Below are positions 38,473-49,628 of a stretch of DNA of 64,000 nucleotides, piece after piece. Below the pieces are notes generated by a model, which was not told the DNA's origin, searched no databases, and worked only from the letters and a program-made list of their open reading frames with translations. The stretch is taken from the NCBI GenBank assembly GCA_016936555.1, contig JAFGXR010000103.1:17931-81930 (forward strand). The letters are read 5' to 3'. Position 1 is the first letter of the stretch; each line of letters opens with the position of its first letter. Source of the stretch: Spirochaetales bacterium (GTDB lineage Bacteria; Spirochaetota; Spirochaetia; DSM-2461). The position numbers and the translations under genes were made by a program.

Positions 38473-39327
38473 TCATTTCTCTTTCAGAAATTCTTTTTTA
38501 TTCTTCCGCTCCGGCAGATAGGAGAGAAAGGGAATCCAGGGGGCGGTCATCTTTTTCCAGTTTCTGTACCCCTCGTATTTTTCAGAGGTAATGCTCTCGG
38601 CCATAATAGTGCTTCCCAGAAAAAGAGCCAGCAGAACCGCAGGACCGGCAAATGTGTAGTGAAAGCCGATTCTGCTGTGGAGATAAAAGTAGACGATAAA
38701 CCACTGCCCCAGCTCGCAGACGTAATTGGGATGGCGCGAATATTTCCAGAGCCCCAGGGTATTGAAGCCGAGCTGGATACGGCGATTGTTTTTTTCCTTT
38801 TCATCACCGCGCCTTCTGTAGTAGCTGAGCTGCTGGATATCCGCGGTCATTTCCCCGATGAGAAGAATAAGATGCAAGCCGACAAGGATAAAATCCAGAC
38901 CGTTCAGAGGTCCTGTGACAGACCCCAGATAATAAACGGGAAGAGTAAAGAGAAATATCAATCCCAGCTGAAAGCCGGAAATAAAAAACAGATTAAAGAG
39001 CTCGTAAAGAAAGCGGTTGGGAATTTTCGCCTTGAGCACATCCCAGCGATAATCTTCGCCGTAGAAACCTTTCCTCCATGAAAAAGCATAGCCGCCTTTA
39101 AGGGCGAAATTCGTCGTCAGGCGGATTCCCCAGAGAATGACGAGGACTGCTGCGATGACATAGCGGGGATTGTCTGAAAAATCTTTCATCCAGATCAGAA
39201 CATACACGGGGGGCAGAACCGACCATAAGCGGTCCACCTGGGAATAGTTCCTCGTAAACAAACCTCCGAAAAAGCAATAGGCGACAGCCGCCAGAAGGAT
39301 GTAAAAGGTTATCTGAAATGAATCCAT
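38473..39327 (-). CDS. DUF1295 family membrane protein (steroid 5-alpha-reductase-like)
   Basis: DRLWS, WGIRLT, EDYRW, GLWKYSRHPNY. Confidence 0.9.
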   Translation of the reverse strand: MDSFQITFYILLAAVAYCFFGGLFTRNYSQVDRLWSVLPPVYVLIWMKDFSDNPRYVIAAVLVILWGIRLTTNFALKGGYAFSWRKGFYGEDYRWDVLKAKIPNRFLYELFNLFFISGFQLGLIFLFTLPVYYLGSVTGPLNGLDFILVGLHLILLIGEMTADIQQLSYYRRRGDEKEKNNRRIQLGFNTLGLWKYSRHPNYVCELGQWFIVYFYLHSRIGFHYTFAGPAVLLALFLGSTIMAESITSEKYEGYRNWKKMTAPWIPFLSYLPERKNKKEFLKEK

Positions 39328-39347
39328 AATAAAAAACTCCTGATAAA

Positions 39348-40403
39348 TTAAATATGAAGGGCTTCCTGCCGTTTGTAGTGGTCTTCCAGAACGAGACAGG
39401 CCATGGCTTCCACGACCGGCACGATTCTGGGACAGATACAGGGGTCATGGCGCCCTTCCGTAACAATATCGACTTCGTTTCCTTCAAGATCCACGGTCCT
39501 CTGGATTTTGCTGATGCTCGAAGTGGGCTTTACGGCGATCCGGAAGACAATATCCTCCCCCGTGGTTATGCCTCCGAGTGTTCCGCCGGCATTGTTGCTG
39601 ACAAAGCCGTTCCGGTCCATGGGATCGTTATGCTCCGAACCTTTCATGGAGGCGCAACTGAACCCGGAACCGATTTCAAATCCTTTTACGGCTCCGAGAC
39701 TCATCATAGCCTTAGCCAGATCAGCTTCGATCTTGTCGAAAACCGGTTCACCGAGACCCGGAGCGACTCCGGAAATGCGGCACTCCACGATTCCTCCCAT
39801 GCTGTCCCCTTCTTCGGCCAGTTTTTCTATAATCGGGACCATTTTTGCCGCAGCGGCACTGTCACAGGCTCTCATGGGATTTTTTTCGATGACATCGAAA
39901 TCTATGGTTTCACATTTGATTCCAGCTGCTTCCTTCGTATAGGCCGTAACCGTAACTCCTCTTTCTCCGAGAATTTTTCTGGCTACGGCGCCGGCTGCCA
40001 CTCTTCCGGCGGTTTCACGGCCCGAAGCCCGGCCCGATCCCCTGTAATCCCTGATGCCGAATTTTTTCAGAAATGTGAAATCGGCATGGCCGGGACGGAA
40101 TTTGTCTTTGATATCGTTATAGGCGGAGGGCATGGCGTCCTTGTTGTACAGAATGACGAGAATGGGCGTTCCCGTGGTTTTCCCTTCAAAGAGTCCGCTC
40201 ATGATATGGACTTCATCGAGCTCTTTTCTGGGGGTTGTGACAGAAGACTGACCGGGCTTCCGGCGGTCCATCTGCATCTGGATATCTTCCTCGCTTAGAG
40301 AGAGCCCCGGTTTGACGCCGTCGATGATAACTCCGACGGCTCCCCCGTGGGATTCCCCGAAGGTGGTGATCTTAAAACTCTCGCCAAAACTGCTTCCCGC
40401 CAT
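39348..40403 (-). CDS. aroC: Chorismate synthase
   Basis: TTFGESHG, RPGHAD, SGRET, NNAGGTLGG, RHDPC. Confidence 0.98.
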   Translation of the reverse strand: MAGSSFGESFKITTFGESHGGAVGVIIDGVKPGLSLSEEDIQMQMDRRKPGQSSVTTPRKELDEVHIMSGLFEGKTTGTPILVILYNKDAMPSAYNDIKDKFRPGHADFTFLKKFGIRDYRGSGRASGRETAGRVAAGAVARKILGERGVTVTAYTKEAAGIKCETIDFDVIEKNPMRACDSAAAAKMVPIIEKLAEEGDSMGGIVECRISGVAPGLGEPVFDKIEADLAKAMMSLGAVKGFEIGSGFSCASMKGSEHNDPMDRNGFVSNNAGGTLGGITTGEDIVFRIAVKPTSSISKIQRTVDLEGNEVDIVTEGRHDPCICPRIVPVVEAMACLVLEDHYKRQEALHI

Positions 40404-40531
40404 AATTTCTCCTGCAATACGTTTCTATGGATAACAACTTACGGATTTTTTGCCTCTCTAGTCAATAGGACCGCACTTTTCATGAAAAACGATTGCCCGA
40501 TTTATCTTTTTTAATATATGATTTTTTCAAT

Positions 40532-41743
40532 ATGAAAAAAACTACAGTTCTACGGCTTTCCCGATGGGGCATTCTCATATCCATTCTCGTGCTTACCACG
40601 GTTATGGGGCGGCTCCATCAGATGATCAAGCTCTATCCCTCCGCCGATGCCTTCTGTCCCTTCGGCGGACTGGAATCTCTCTGGTCACTCTTGAGATATA
40701 ATTCTCTCATACGCAAGATTTCATTAAGCAGCGTGATTCTTCTCGCGGCGTCCACAGGAACGGCGCTTATCTTCAGAAGATCCTTTTGCGGAAACATCTG
40801 TCCTCTCGGCTTTCTGCAGGAATTATCGGGCACCGCGGGCAGGTTTCTCTTCAAGAAAAGAGTCGCCGTTCCTTCACTTCCCGATAAAATATTGCGCTAT
40901 GTGAAATACCTGGTTCTTGTATTCGTCCTTGCCCTGTCGTGGAGAACCTTTTCACTGATTATCCAGCCTTACGATCCCTGGCTGGCTTATCAGCACATCG
41001 GGACAGAGGATCTTTTTTCCAGATACCTGATCGGAACTGTTATTTTATTTGCGTCGCTGGGCCTCGGAATTTTCATCGACAGGCCTTTCTGCCGCTACCT
41101 CTGTCCCATGGGAGGATTTCTGGGGATTATTTCCAAGATGGGATTAACTCGTATACGGAGAAACAGGGAAAGCTGTATCGACTGCGGAATCTGCGACAGG
41201 AGCTGTCCGGTTGACCTGCCCGTCTCAAAAATGGAAAAAGTCACTTCCGCGGAATGCCTGGCCTGCAGCGCCTGCGTCAACAGCTGTCCCGTAGAGAATA
41301 CGCTGGAGTACAGCCTGCCCGGAAAGAAGAAGAGAAGGATTTCAGTCGCCGTCGTCCTTATCGGAACACTCGCTATCTTTGCCGCTGTTATAGCCTTTAC
41401 AACCATATCCGGACAGTTTGTATGGAAAACCGAAACGGGTCTCGAAAGTAATGTCGAAAGGCTTCTGGCCGGTCCGCAGCAGATCAGGGGAGATAATCAG
41501 CCTCTTCATATCGTTCAGATATTCCAGATACCTCCTGCCTATCTACAGGATCGCTTTTCCCTTCTGTCAGAGGAGGACTTTTATAAATCTTTTGATGAAC
41601 TGGATATAGATCCTGCAGAAGTCAGGGCCTATGTCAACGAGCTCTATGAGCAGGCCGGCCTGGATCCGACGAAACTACTCGGCGGCGGAGGCGGCGGTCA
41701 CGGAAGAGGAAGAGGCAGTCACCCGGAAGAAGAAGATCACTGA
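40532..41743 (+). CDS. Membrane-bound 4Fe-4S binding protein (NapH/MauN/NosR-like)
   Basis: CPFGG, FCGNICPLG, FCRYLCPMG, and two CxxCxxCxxxCP motifs; several TM segments. Confidence 0.88.
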   Translation: MKKTTVLRLSRWGILISILVLTTVMGRLHQMIKLYPSADAFCPFGGLESLWSLLRYNSLIRKISLSSVILLAASTGTALIFRRSFCGNICPLGFLQELSGTAGRFLFKKRVAVPSLPDKILRYVKYLVLVFVLALSWRTFSLIIQPYDPWLAYQHIGTEDLFSRYLIGTVILFASLGLGIFIDRPFCRYLCPMGGFLGIISKMGLTRIRRNRESCIDCGICDRSCPVDLPVSKMEKVTSAECLACSACVNSCPVENTLEYSLPGKKKRRISVAVVLIGTLAIFAAVIAFTTISGQFVWKTETGLESNVERLLAGPQQIRGDNQPLHIVQIFQIPPAYLQDRFSLLSEEDFYKSFDELDIDPAEVRAYVNELYEQAGLDPTKLLGGGGGGHGRGRGSHPEEEDH

Positions 41744-41805
41744 TCGACTAGCTTTTTCTTGACAGGCCGGAGGGGGGAGGCAATCTTTATAAGAGGGGTC
41801 AACTA

Positions 41806-43503
41806 ATGGATTCTATTTCCCTTAAGCCTTTGGAAGCCTTTCTCGAATCGTTCGAAGACAAAAGCCGGACCAGTCTGCTTCCGGCTCTTTTAAAAGCTCA
41901 GGAACTCTTCCGGTACATACCGGAAGAGGCGGCTATGCTGATATCCGAAAAATTGAAAGTGCCGCCGGTCCATATCTACGGAGTGATCGATTTCTATTCC
42001 CTCCTCCATACTGAACCGGTGGAACAGCACCATATCCAGGTTTGCGTCAGCCCTGTCTGCTCCAGTCGCGGTTCACATAAAATTGTTGAGGCTCTGAAGG
42101 GAGTCGAAGGAGACAGAAGAGTTTCTGTCGAAGCTGTACACTGTCTGGGATTATGCACCAATCCGCCTTCGGCCCTGGTAAACAACAGGCCTGTCTGCCG
42201 CATCAACGCCGATAAAATCGATGAACTGATAGAGGGTAAAGGAGCGCCTCCCGTCAACAGCAGCCGCAGCAGCCATCCGGTTCTAACCGGTCGCTTTGCA
42301 TCCGATAAGGGGAAATCGCTGAAGAGCTACCGGGAAAGCGGCGGATTTTCCGGCCTGGAAAAAGCCCTGTCCATGGAACGCGGGGATGTTATCGATCTGG
42401 TAAAGAACAGCGGGCTGCTGGGCCGCGGAGGCGCGGCTTTTCCCACTGGGCTGAAAGAAGAGAGCTCGGCCCGCGATGGAAATTCGGAAGTGTTTATTAT
42501 CTGCAATGCCGATGAATCTGAACCCGGGACATTTAAAGACAGAATACTCATCCAGAAAGATCCTTTCAGTATACTCGAAGGCATGATCATCACGGCATAC
42601 GCCGTCGGTTCCCGGAAAGGCTATATATATATCCGCGGAGAATATGCTTCCGAACAGGACCGCTTTTCCCGGGTGATAAAAGAAGCGGAGGAAAAGAATC
42701 TCCTCGGAGAGGGGATTATGGGATCGGACCTGAATTTCCATGTAGAAATACGTTCCGGCGCGGGAGCTTATATCTGCGGAGAGGAAACTGCCCTTTTTGA
42801 ATCGATCGAAGGGAATAGAGGTTTCCCCCGCAACAAACCGCCCTATCCCGTCAACTCCGGTCTTTTCGGAAAGCCGACAGATATCAACAATGTGGAAACC
42901 TTCAGTTATATTTCCCATATACTCTCCTCAGAGGGGACCGATTCAGCTGATCTGCCCTCTGCTTCCGGCACACGTCTATTCTGCCTTTCCGGCGATATCA
43001 AACGCCCCGGCCTTTACGAGCTTCCTTTCGGTACACCCTTAAGCGAGGTGATCTACCAGTGGGGAGGAGGAATTCTGAATGAAGGAGGTCTGGGCTCCAT
43101 CATTCTCGGAGGCGCTTCAGGGAGTTTTGTCCCGCCTGATCTCTACGATATTCCTCTCGATAATCAATCTCTGAAAAAAGCGGGGCTCTCCATGGGGTCG
43201 GGCGTCATTATGGTTTTTGACGATTCCAGACCTTTTCTGTCTATCCTTAATGACATAACCTCCTTTTTCAATCATGAAAGCTGCGGGAAATGTTATCCCT
43301 GCCGCATGGGGACGCGGTTGAACCATGAAATTATCAGCAGAATCCGCAAAGAAGGGGCACGGAACGGCGATCTTGAAAAACTGCAGGATATTGGGATGAC
43401 CATGAAAGATGCCTCTCTCTGCGGTCTGGGGCAAACGGCCGCCACAGCTGTCCTGAGTGCCATTTCTCTCGAGCCCGATCTATTTAAGGCGGAGGTGTCA
43501 TGA
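41806..43503 (+). CDS. Fused NuoE/NuoF-like diaphorase subunit (NAD-dependent FDH partner)
   Basis: NuoE 2Fe-2S region (VCVSPVC...CLGLC), then GRGGAAFPTG, NADESEPG, YICGEETAL, ESCGKCYPCR. Confidence 0.92.
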   Translation: MDSISLKPLEAFLESFEDKSRTSLLPALLKAQELFRYIPEEAAMLISEKLKVPPVHIYGVIDFYSLLHTEPVEQHHIQVCVSPVCSSRGSHKIVEALKGVEGDRRVSVEAVHCLGLCTNPPSALVNNRPVCRINADKIDELIEGKGAPPVNSSRSSHPVLTGRFASDKGKSLKSYRESGGFSGLEKALSMERGDVIDLVKNSGLLGRGGAAFPTGLKEESSARDGNSEVFIICNADESEPGTFKDRILIQKDPFSILEGMIITAYAVGSRKGYIYIRGEYASEQDRFSRVIKEAEEKNLLGEGIMGSDLNFHVEIRSGAGAYICGEETALFESIEGNRGFPRNKPPYPVNSGLFGKPTDINNVETFSYISHILSSEGTDSADLPSASGTRLFCLSGDIKRPGLYELPFGTPLSEVIYQWGGGILNEGGLGSIILGGASGSFVPPDLYDIPLDNQSLKKAGLSMGSGVIMVFDDSRPFLSILNDITSFFNHESCGKCYPCRMGTRLNHEIISRIRKEGARNGDLEKLQDIGMTMKDASLCGLGQTAATAVLSAISLEPDLFKAEVS

Positions 43504-44138
43504 TGAAAGAGATAAGCCTTTACATTGACGGACGAATGGTTAAATGCCCCGAAGGATCGACGATTCTCGAAGCGGCCAGGCTAAAAGGAATAGAGATACC
43601 GACCATTTGTTTCCATGAGAGCCTCACCCCTCCCGGTTTGTGCCGCCAATGCGTTGTCGAAGTGGAAGGGGCAAGGGTTCTGCTTCCCTCATGCATAACC
43701 ATTGTCAGAGAGGGAATGGTCGTCACAACAGATTCCCCCCGGGTGCTGAGAGCCAGAAAAACCATACTCGAAATGCTTTCCGCCACGGCAGATCTCTCCG
43801 AAGCTCCGGAACTGGAACAGCAGATTAAGGCCTTCGGCGCCGATCCGCAGAGATTCAGGCCGGAAGAGGAAATAAAAACAGGACCGATTGTCGATAATCC
43901 CTTTTATGTCCGGGACTACGGCAAGTGCATTCTCTGCGGAAAATGCGTACAGGTCTGCTCCGAAGAGGTACAGCTCTCCTATGCCCTGACCGTAGCCGGC
44001 AGAGGCTTTGACAGCAGGATTTCCACTTTTTACGGCAAACCTCTCCCCGATACGAGCTGCGTCTTCTGCGGAAACTGTATTGAAGTCTGCCCGACCGGCG
44101 CCCTGAAACCGCGAAAGGAATTTGAAAATGACATATGA
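43500..44138 (+). CDS. Fe-S subunit (NuoG/FdhA N-terminal-like: 2Fe-2S plus 2x4Fe-4S)
   Basis: [38 protein letters not shown]. Confidence 0.9.
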   Translation: MMKEISLYIDGRMVKCPEGSTILEAARLKGIEIPTICFHESLTPPGLCRQCVVEVEGARVLLPSCITIVREGMVVTTDSPRVLRARKTILEMLSATADLSEAPELEQQIKAFGADPQRFRPEEEIKTGPIVDNPFYVRDYGKCILCGKCVQVCSEEVQLSYALTVAGRGFDSRISTFYGKPLPDTSCVFCGNCIEVCPTGALKPRKEFENDI

Positions 44139-46236
44139 CAGGAAAACAAGTACGACCTGCCCTTTCTGCGGGGTGGGCTGTCAGATCGATCTCAATATCA
44201 GAAACGGAGCCATAATCAGCGCCGCAGCGACTCCCGGGAAGGCTCCCAATTACGGAAGACTCTGCGTCAAGGGACGATTCGGAACCGATTACACCCATCA
44301 TCAAAGCAGGCTGACAAAACCGCTGATAAGAAAAGAACTCGACAGGGGGAAACGCACCACCTGCGGCATGGAAGGTTTCAGGGAGGCCACATGGGACGAA
44401 GCTCTGGATCTTGCGGCACAGAGAATATCCCGGACGGTACAGGAATCGGGAGGTTCGGCTTTCGGCACCTTCTGCTGCGCCAAGGCGACAAACGAAGACA
44501 ATTATCTGTTTCAGAAATTTGTCAGAGCCGTTCTTAAAACCAATAACATTGATCATTGCGCCAGGCTGTGTCACGCCGCTTCGGTCGCGGGTCTCCAAAA
44601 AGCATTGGGCTCGGCAGCCATGTCCAATTCCATAGCTGAAATGAAAGATCTGGATCTGTTCATAGTCACAGGATCCAATACGACGGAAACCCATCCGGTT
44701 ATCAGCACGTACCTGAAAGAGGCTGTTGTAAAAAACAAGGCGCGGCTTATAGTCATCGATCCGCGGAAAATTGAAATGGCCGATTTCGCATTACTTCACC
44801 TGCAACATAAACCGGGAACAGACGTGGCTGTCTATCAGGCCATGGCTCATGTCATAGTCAAAAACAAACTCTATGATAAAGATTTCATCGACCGGCGGAC
44901 CGAGGGCTTTGAAGACTACATGACGTCCCTCGAGGCCTTCACTCCCCAATGGGCTGAAGAAATCAGCGGGGTTCCGGCTGGTAAAATCGAAGAGGCGGCG
45001 AAACTTTACGCAGGAGCGGAAAGAGCGGCTTTTTACTGGGGCATGGGAATCAGCCAGAGCGTTCACGGGACCGACAACACCCTGTCCATTGCCAATCTGG
45101 CCTTAATGTGCGGCCACCTGGGAAAACCGGGAACCGGCGTCAATCCGCTGCGGGGGCAGAATAATGTGCAGGGATGCTCCGACTCGGGAGGTCTTCCCAA
45201 CATCTACCCCGGTTACCAGTCCGTTTCCGATGAAGAATCGGCGGTGAAATTTGAAAAAGCCTGGAAAACCTCACTGAACAGAGAACCGGGCCTGACGACC
45301 CTGGAAATGTCCGATGCCATAGGCGAAGGAATTATAAGCGACTTCATTATAATGGGCGAGAACCCCCTGATGAGCGAACCTGATCTCAATAAAGCCAGGA
45401 AGCATCTATCAGAGCTGAAGAATATGATCGTCATCGATATTTTTCTGAACGAGACGGGAGAATACGCCGACGTGATCCTACCCGCCGCGGCATTTTCCGA
45501 AAAAGAGGGAACTTTCACCAACAGCGACCGGAGGGTACAGCTGGTCAGAAAAGCCCTTGATCCGCCCGGAGAAGCCCGGGCCGATTGGGAGATTATCTGT
45601 GAGCTTGCCGGGAGAGTCGGTGATAAACTGGACCGGGATTACAAAGAGAGCTTCAGCTATGATTCGGCTTCGCAGATCTGGGACGAAATGGCATCTCTGG
45701 TTCCGGCTTTCGGCGGCATCAGCCATAAGCGGATAGAAGAGGAGGAGGGAATTCACTGGCCCTGTCCCGATTCTTCCCACAGCGGTACGCCCTATCTTTT
45801 CAGCGACACCTTTCCGAGAGGAAGGGGAAAATTCCACAGACTTGACCATACCGATCTCTCGGAGCGCCCCGACGGAGATTTCCCCTATATATTATCGACG
45901 GGACGGGTTCTCTATCACTGGCATGGAGGAACTATGACCAGGCGCTCTGTATTGAATGATATTTCTCCCGCTCCATTTGCAGAGATACATCCTGACGATG
46001 CTCTGAGGGAAAATCTTGCAGACAACAGCAGGGTCATCGTTTCCTCCCGAAGAGGATCGATCGAGCTCGATATCCGGATCAGCGACCGGTCTCCTGAAGG
46101 AGTTCTTTTCATACCGATCCACTTCGCCGAAGCGGCTGTCAACGAACTCACCCGGGACATCCGGGACGCTTCGGCCAAGATACCGGATTACAAAATCTGC
46201 GCTGTTAAAATAGAAAGAGCTTCTTCGGCGGACTGA
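44128..46236 (+). CDS. fdhF: Formate dehydrogenase catalytic subunit (Mo/W-bisPGD, Cys-type)
   Basis: [25 protein letters not shown] (Cys codon TGT at 44569), [25 protein letters not shown]. Confidence 0.92.
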   Translation: MTYDRKTSTTCPFCGVGCQIDLNIRNGAIISAAATPGKAPNYGRLCVKGRFGTDYTHHQSRLTKPLIRKELDRGKRTTCGMEGFREATWDEALDLAAQRISRTVQESGGSAFGTFCCAKATNEDNYLFQKFVRAVLKTNNIDHCARLCHAASVAGLQKALGSAAMSNSIAEMKDLDLFIVTGSNTTETHPVISTYLKEAVVKNKARLIVIDPRKIEMADFALLHLQHKPGTDVAVYQAMAHVIVKNKLYDKDFIDRRTEGFEDYMTSLEAFTPQWAEEISGVPAGKIEEAAKLYAGAERAAFYWGMGISQSVHGTDNTLSIANLALMCGHLGKPGTGVNPLRGQNNVQGCSDSGGLPNIYPGYQSVSDEESAVKFEKAWKTSLNREPGLTTLEMSDAIGEGIISDFIIMGENPLMSEPDLNKARKHLSELKNMIVIDIFLNETGEYADVILPAAAFSEKEGTFTNSDRRVQLVRKALDPPGEARADWEIICELAGRVGDKLDRDYKESFSYDSASQIWDEMASLVPAFGGISHKRIEEEEGIHWPCPDSSHSGTPYLFSDTFPRGRGKFHRLDHTDLSERPDGDFPYILSTGRVLYHWHGGTMTRRSVLNDISPAPFAEIHPDDALRENLADNSRVIVSSRRGSIELDIRISDRSPEGVLFIPIHFAEAAVNELTRDIRDASAKIPDYKICAVKIERASSAD

Positions 46237-48125
46237 ACCGGCTTCAGACAATAATTGTCACGGCAGAGCATGATCTCATCGGCCTCGCCATGGCCGGGTA
46301 TGCAGATAAGACCGGGCATGTAACCCGACTGGAGCGTTTTTCTCAAGGCATCTCTATCCGGACCGCTGATGGTAGCAATATAAGGTTTATCTATCATAGC
46401 GTTGATCAGTCTGTTCCAGTTGGCGAAATGAATGGTTCCCTTTTCTGCCCGGGACCGCAGAACCTTAGCCATGGCAGTGGCTCTGTCTGTATATTCCTGT
46501 CTGTGGAGTATCAAACCCATCCGATAGAGATTTTCCCCCATCTGCGAATTGGATGAGGGAATCACATTATCCAGTATTTCCTTTTTCCGGGCTATCAACG
46601 GCCTATCCCTGTCGGATTTGTAGAAAAAGAGCGGGGAGTCACTGTCATTAAAATGAGACAACACATAGTTTACCAGTTGTTCCGCCCTTTCCAACCACAG
46701 AGAATCGAAGATCAGCTCGTAGAGAGACAGAAAGGCCGCGGCGGTAAAAGCGTAGTCATCGAGAAAGCCGGGGATATAAGGCCTGCCGGAGCGGAGAGTC
46801 CTGTACAGCAGCCCCTCATCCATGAGGTTCTCAGCTATGAAAACCGCAGCTTTTAAGGCGGCATCGAGAAAGGGCTTATGATTAAAAGCTTTATAGGCAT
46901 CGGCATACCCCAGGATCATCAGGCCGTTCCACGATGCGAGAATTTTATTATCGAGAGCGGGTCTGATCCTTTTTTCCCGTTCTCCGAGAAGAATATTCTT
47001 TATATCCGCCAGATGACCGGGAACATCCTGTGCTGTATCGATATGAAGAATATTCCTGCCCTCCTCCCAGTTGCCCGAATCGGTTACGGAATAATATTTT
47101 TTTATTTCGGCACTCCGGTTCTCCAGAATCCTGTCCAGTTCTCCGGAAGTCCAGGTATAGTAGCGCCCCTCGACCCCTTCGCTGTCCGCATCGAGTGAGG
47201 AATAGAACGGACCTTCCGGCGAAGTCATTTCCCTGGCCAGAAAGGAAGCGGTTTCATATACAATATCTCTGTATTTCTTCCGTCCGGTTCTTCTGAAAGC
47301 ATTGCTGTAAAGGCTCATAAGCTGACCGTTGTCATAGAGCATTTTTTCAAAATGGGGAACTTTCCACTTTGAATCGATGGAATATCGCGCGAATCCCCCT
47401 CCGACCTGATCATAAATTCCCCCGTGGGCCATTTTATCCAATGTCAGGAAGACCTGATTCTCCCCCTCTTCATCACCGGACGAATAACTGTATTCAGCCA
47501 TGAACCGGAGAGATGAGGGCATGGGAAATTTCGGAGAGCCCAAACTCCCGCCCTCAAGAGCATCCTGAAGATGAATCATTTTCCTGAAGACCTTTTCGGT
47601 ATAATCCCCGGTGAACGCTTCCATGTTCACCGGCTCCTCATTCTGTATTGAAGACTGCAGGGCCAGGACAAGAGCTTCCGACTGCTCGCGGATTTTATCG
47701 CCTTTCTCCATCGCATATTGCAGAATCTGGTCGAGAAGGCTCATCCAGTTGTGCAAAGGGAAATAGGTTCCGCCGTAAATCGGTCTTCCATCGGGCAGGG
47801 CAATGATATTGAGGGGCCAACCTCCCGAACCGGTGAGCATCTGCACCGCTTCCATGTAGATCTGATCTATATCGGGCCTTTCCTCGCGATCGACTTTGAT
47901 GGAAATGAAATTTTCATTCATAAACCGGGCCGCTTCGGGGTTCTCAAAACATTCTCTTTCCATGACATGGCACCAGTGACAGGCCGCATATCCGATGCTG
48001 ATGATGAGAAGTTTGTTTTCTCCGGCTGCGGCATTTAAAGCCTCTTCGCCCCAGGGATACCAATCAACGGGATTGGCCGCATGCTGGAGAAGATAGGGGC
48101 TGGTTTCATTTTGCAGTCTGTTCAT
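46188..48125 (-). CDS. Thioredoxin-domain protein, YyaL/SSP411 (DUF255) family
   Basis: [42 protein letters not shown]. Confidence 0.93.
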   Translation of the reverse strand: MNRLQNETSPYLLQHAANPVDWYPWGEEALNAAAGENKLLIISIGYAACHWCHVMERECFENPEAARFMNENFISIKVDREERPDIDQIYMEAVQMLTGSGGWPLNIIALPDGRPIYGGTYFPLHNWMSLLDQILQYAMEKGDKIREQSEALVLALQSSIQNEEPVNMEAFTGDYTEKVFRKMIHLQDALEGGSLGSPKFPMPSSLRFMAEYSYSSGDEEGENQVFLTLDKMAHGGIYDQVGGGFARYSIDSKWKVPHFEKMLYDNGQLMSLYSNAFRRTGRKKYRDIVYETASFLAREMTSPEGPFYSSLDADSEGVEGRYYTWTSGELDRILENRSAEIKKYYSVTDSGNWEEGRNILHIDTAQDVPGHLADIKNILLGEREKRIRPALDNKILASWNGLMILGYADAYKAFNHKPFLDAALKAAVFIAENLMDEGLLYRTLRSGRPYIPGFLDDYAFTAAAFLSLYELIFDSLWLERAEQLVNYVLSHFNDSDSPLFFYKSDRDRPLIARKKEILDNVIPSSNSQMGENLYRMGLILHRQEYTDRATAMAKVLRSRAEKGTIHFANWNRLINAMIDKPYIATISGPDRDALRKTLQSGYMPGLICIPGHGEADEIMLCRDNYCLKPVQSAEEALSILTAQIL

Positions 48126-48196
48126 AACTAATGTCCCGCTTATACGTTTATTCAATTTGTTATTACTAATATAGTGCGGCTAAGCTATTTATCTAA

Positions 48197-48231
48197 CAAA
48201 AAAAGAGAGACCGCCGGCAGGAGGCGGTCTC
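48197..48231 (-). terminator. Intrinsic terminator after the SPFH gene
   Basis: GAGACCGCC-7nt-GGCGGTCTC followed by a T-run on the minus strand. Confidence 0.75.
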
Positions 48232-48263
48232 CACAAAATATGTCAGACAGTAAGAAATTACTG

Positions 48264-49508
48264 TTACTGATTCTGCTTTGAAATCTCTTTCTGAATATTC
48301 ATAAAAGATTCAAGTCCGACAGCGTCCCAGGGATTCATGGGGGATCCCTCTCCGCCTCCGAATATCATCATCTCGGGGAGATCGACGCTGGCCATGTTTT
48401 TGGAAACGACGTCAGCGATTTTCAGATCGAACTCCGCTTTCTGCTGCGGTGTCAGACCGGCCTGAACTTTCAGCCGGTTCGATTCCGCTTCGGCCCGCTC
48501 GACAACGAGTTTGGCTTCGGCTTCGAACTGGGCGGCTTCCTGGCGGAGCCTTGCGACTTCTTTTTCCTTCTCGGCGTTGAGCTCGGCAACTTCTTTTTCT
48601 TTTTCTGCCTGGGTTACGGCTGTGATTTTGGAAACCTCTTCATCAGCTTTAGCCTTGGCGATTCTGGCCTTACCTTCCTCTTCTGCCGTTATGGCGTCCT
48701 GGCGGGCTTTTTCGGCATTGGTTATGGCCACGGCTTTTTCCTGTTCGGCTTTTTTCTTCTGGGCGATAAGTGCGTCGATGGTTTCATCATAATCGATATC
48801 TTTCAGAGTGTTATTCACCAGTTCCAGACCGTATTCCTTGAATATACCCGGTTTCGTAACGATCGGGTTGCCGGCTTCATCGGTTTTAATAACGACTTTA
48901 GTTGAAGTCGCCATGACGGGATTGCCCTCTTCATCCACTTCATTTGTAGGTGTCTGAATTTCTATTGTTGTCGTGGCATATAATCCATGGGCGATCTGGT
49001 CGGAAATCAGCTGTGCGAACTCCCCTCTTCTTGTGGAATATGTCTCATCCGCTTTGAAAGTGGAGGCTGTCTGCTTTTCAACTTCTATAACCCATTGTCT
49101 GACCTGAGCGGCCATGGACTGAAAAGATCTGAAGTTTCTGTGGATTTTGATAATATCCTCTTCGATCAGGGGCATCCTCCACTGGGTGACGGAACCTATT
49201 TCCGCCGTACCGCCGTCTCCGAATCTGACAGTGGTCGCCTGGGTGTCACTGCCCATTCCGCCGTCGAGAGGATCGTTGGAGAGATAAGTTTCATGAGTTC
49301 TGTAGTATTTTGTTATTTTCCCGAACATCTGGGGATATAACCCCTCTTCCGTCCTGATTGTAAGAGTACCGGTTATGAATGCCTGTTTGACATGTATTTC
49401 CCCTCCCTCCACAGTCTCCACAAGAGACTGGGAGAAGAAAAGAACAACACCGGCGATTATAGCGAAAACAACTAAAAACCCGATTCTTTTTGGACTTACT
49501 TTTGCCAT
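48264..49508 (-). CDS. SPFH/Band 7 (flotillin-like) membrane protein
   Basis: N-terminal TM segment, band-7-like core (LKDIDYDETI), Ala/Glu-rich coiled coil (AEKEKEVA repeats). Confidence 0.8.
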   Translation of the reverse strand: MAKVSPKRIGFLVVFAIIAGVVLFFSQSLVETVEGGEIHVKQAFITGTLTIRTEEGLYPQMFGKITKYYRTHETYLSNDPLDGGMGSDTQATTVRFGDGGTAEIGSVTQWRMPLIEEDIIKIHRNFRSFQSMAAQVRQWVIEVEKQTASTFKADETYSTRRGEFAQLISDQIAHGLYATTTIEIQTPTNEVDEEGNPVMATSTKVVIKTDEAGNPIVTKPGIFKEYGLELVNNTLKDIDYDETIDALIAQKKKAEQEKAVAITNAEKARQDAITAEEEGKARIAKAKADEEVSKITAVTQAEKEKEVAELNAEKEKEVARLRQEAAQFEAEAKLVVERAEAESNRLKVQAGLTPQQKAEFDLKIADVVSKNMASVDLPEMMIFGGGEGSPMNPWDAVGLESFMNIQKEISKQNQ

Positions 49509-49628
49509 TGATTTTCCTTTTTTTAATGAAGTTTCCTGCGCTTTTCAGCGCACTTATTAAAACTAATCAAAATTTCAGAAAAATTCACAGTAAAAATTTA
49601 TTTATTAACGGTTATTTAAGATTCTGAC

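Noticed and set aside
40426-40434. DnaA-box-like TTATCCATA on the minus strand
   Set aside because: Single copy with a mismatch; no cluster or origin context.
41765-41780. G-rich run GGCCGGAGGGGGGAGG as a possible G-quadruplex
   Set aside because: At best a two-tier structure; it falls in a likely promoter spacer and has no other support.
44569-44571. Selenocysteine in the formate dehydrogenase
   Set aside because: The active-site codon is TGT (Cys) and the ORF has no in-frame TGA.
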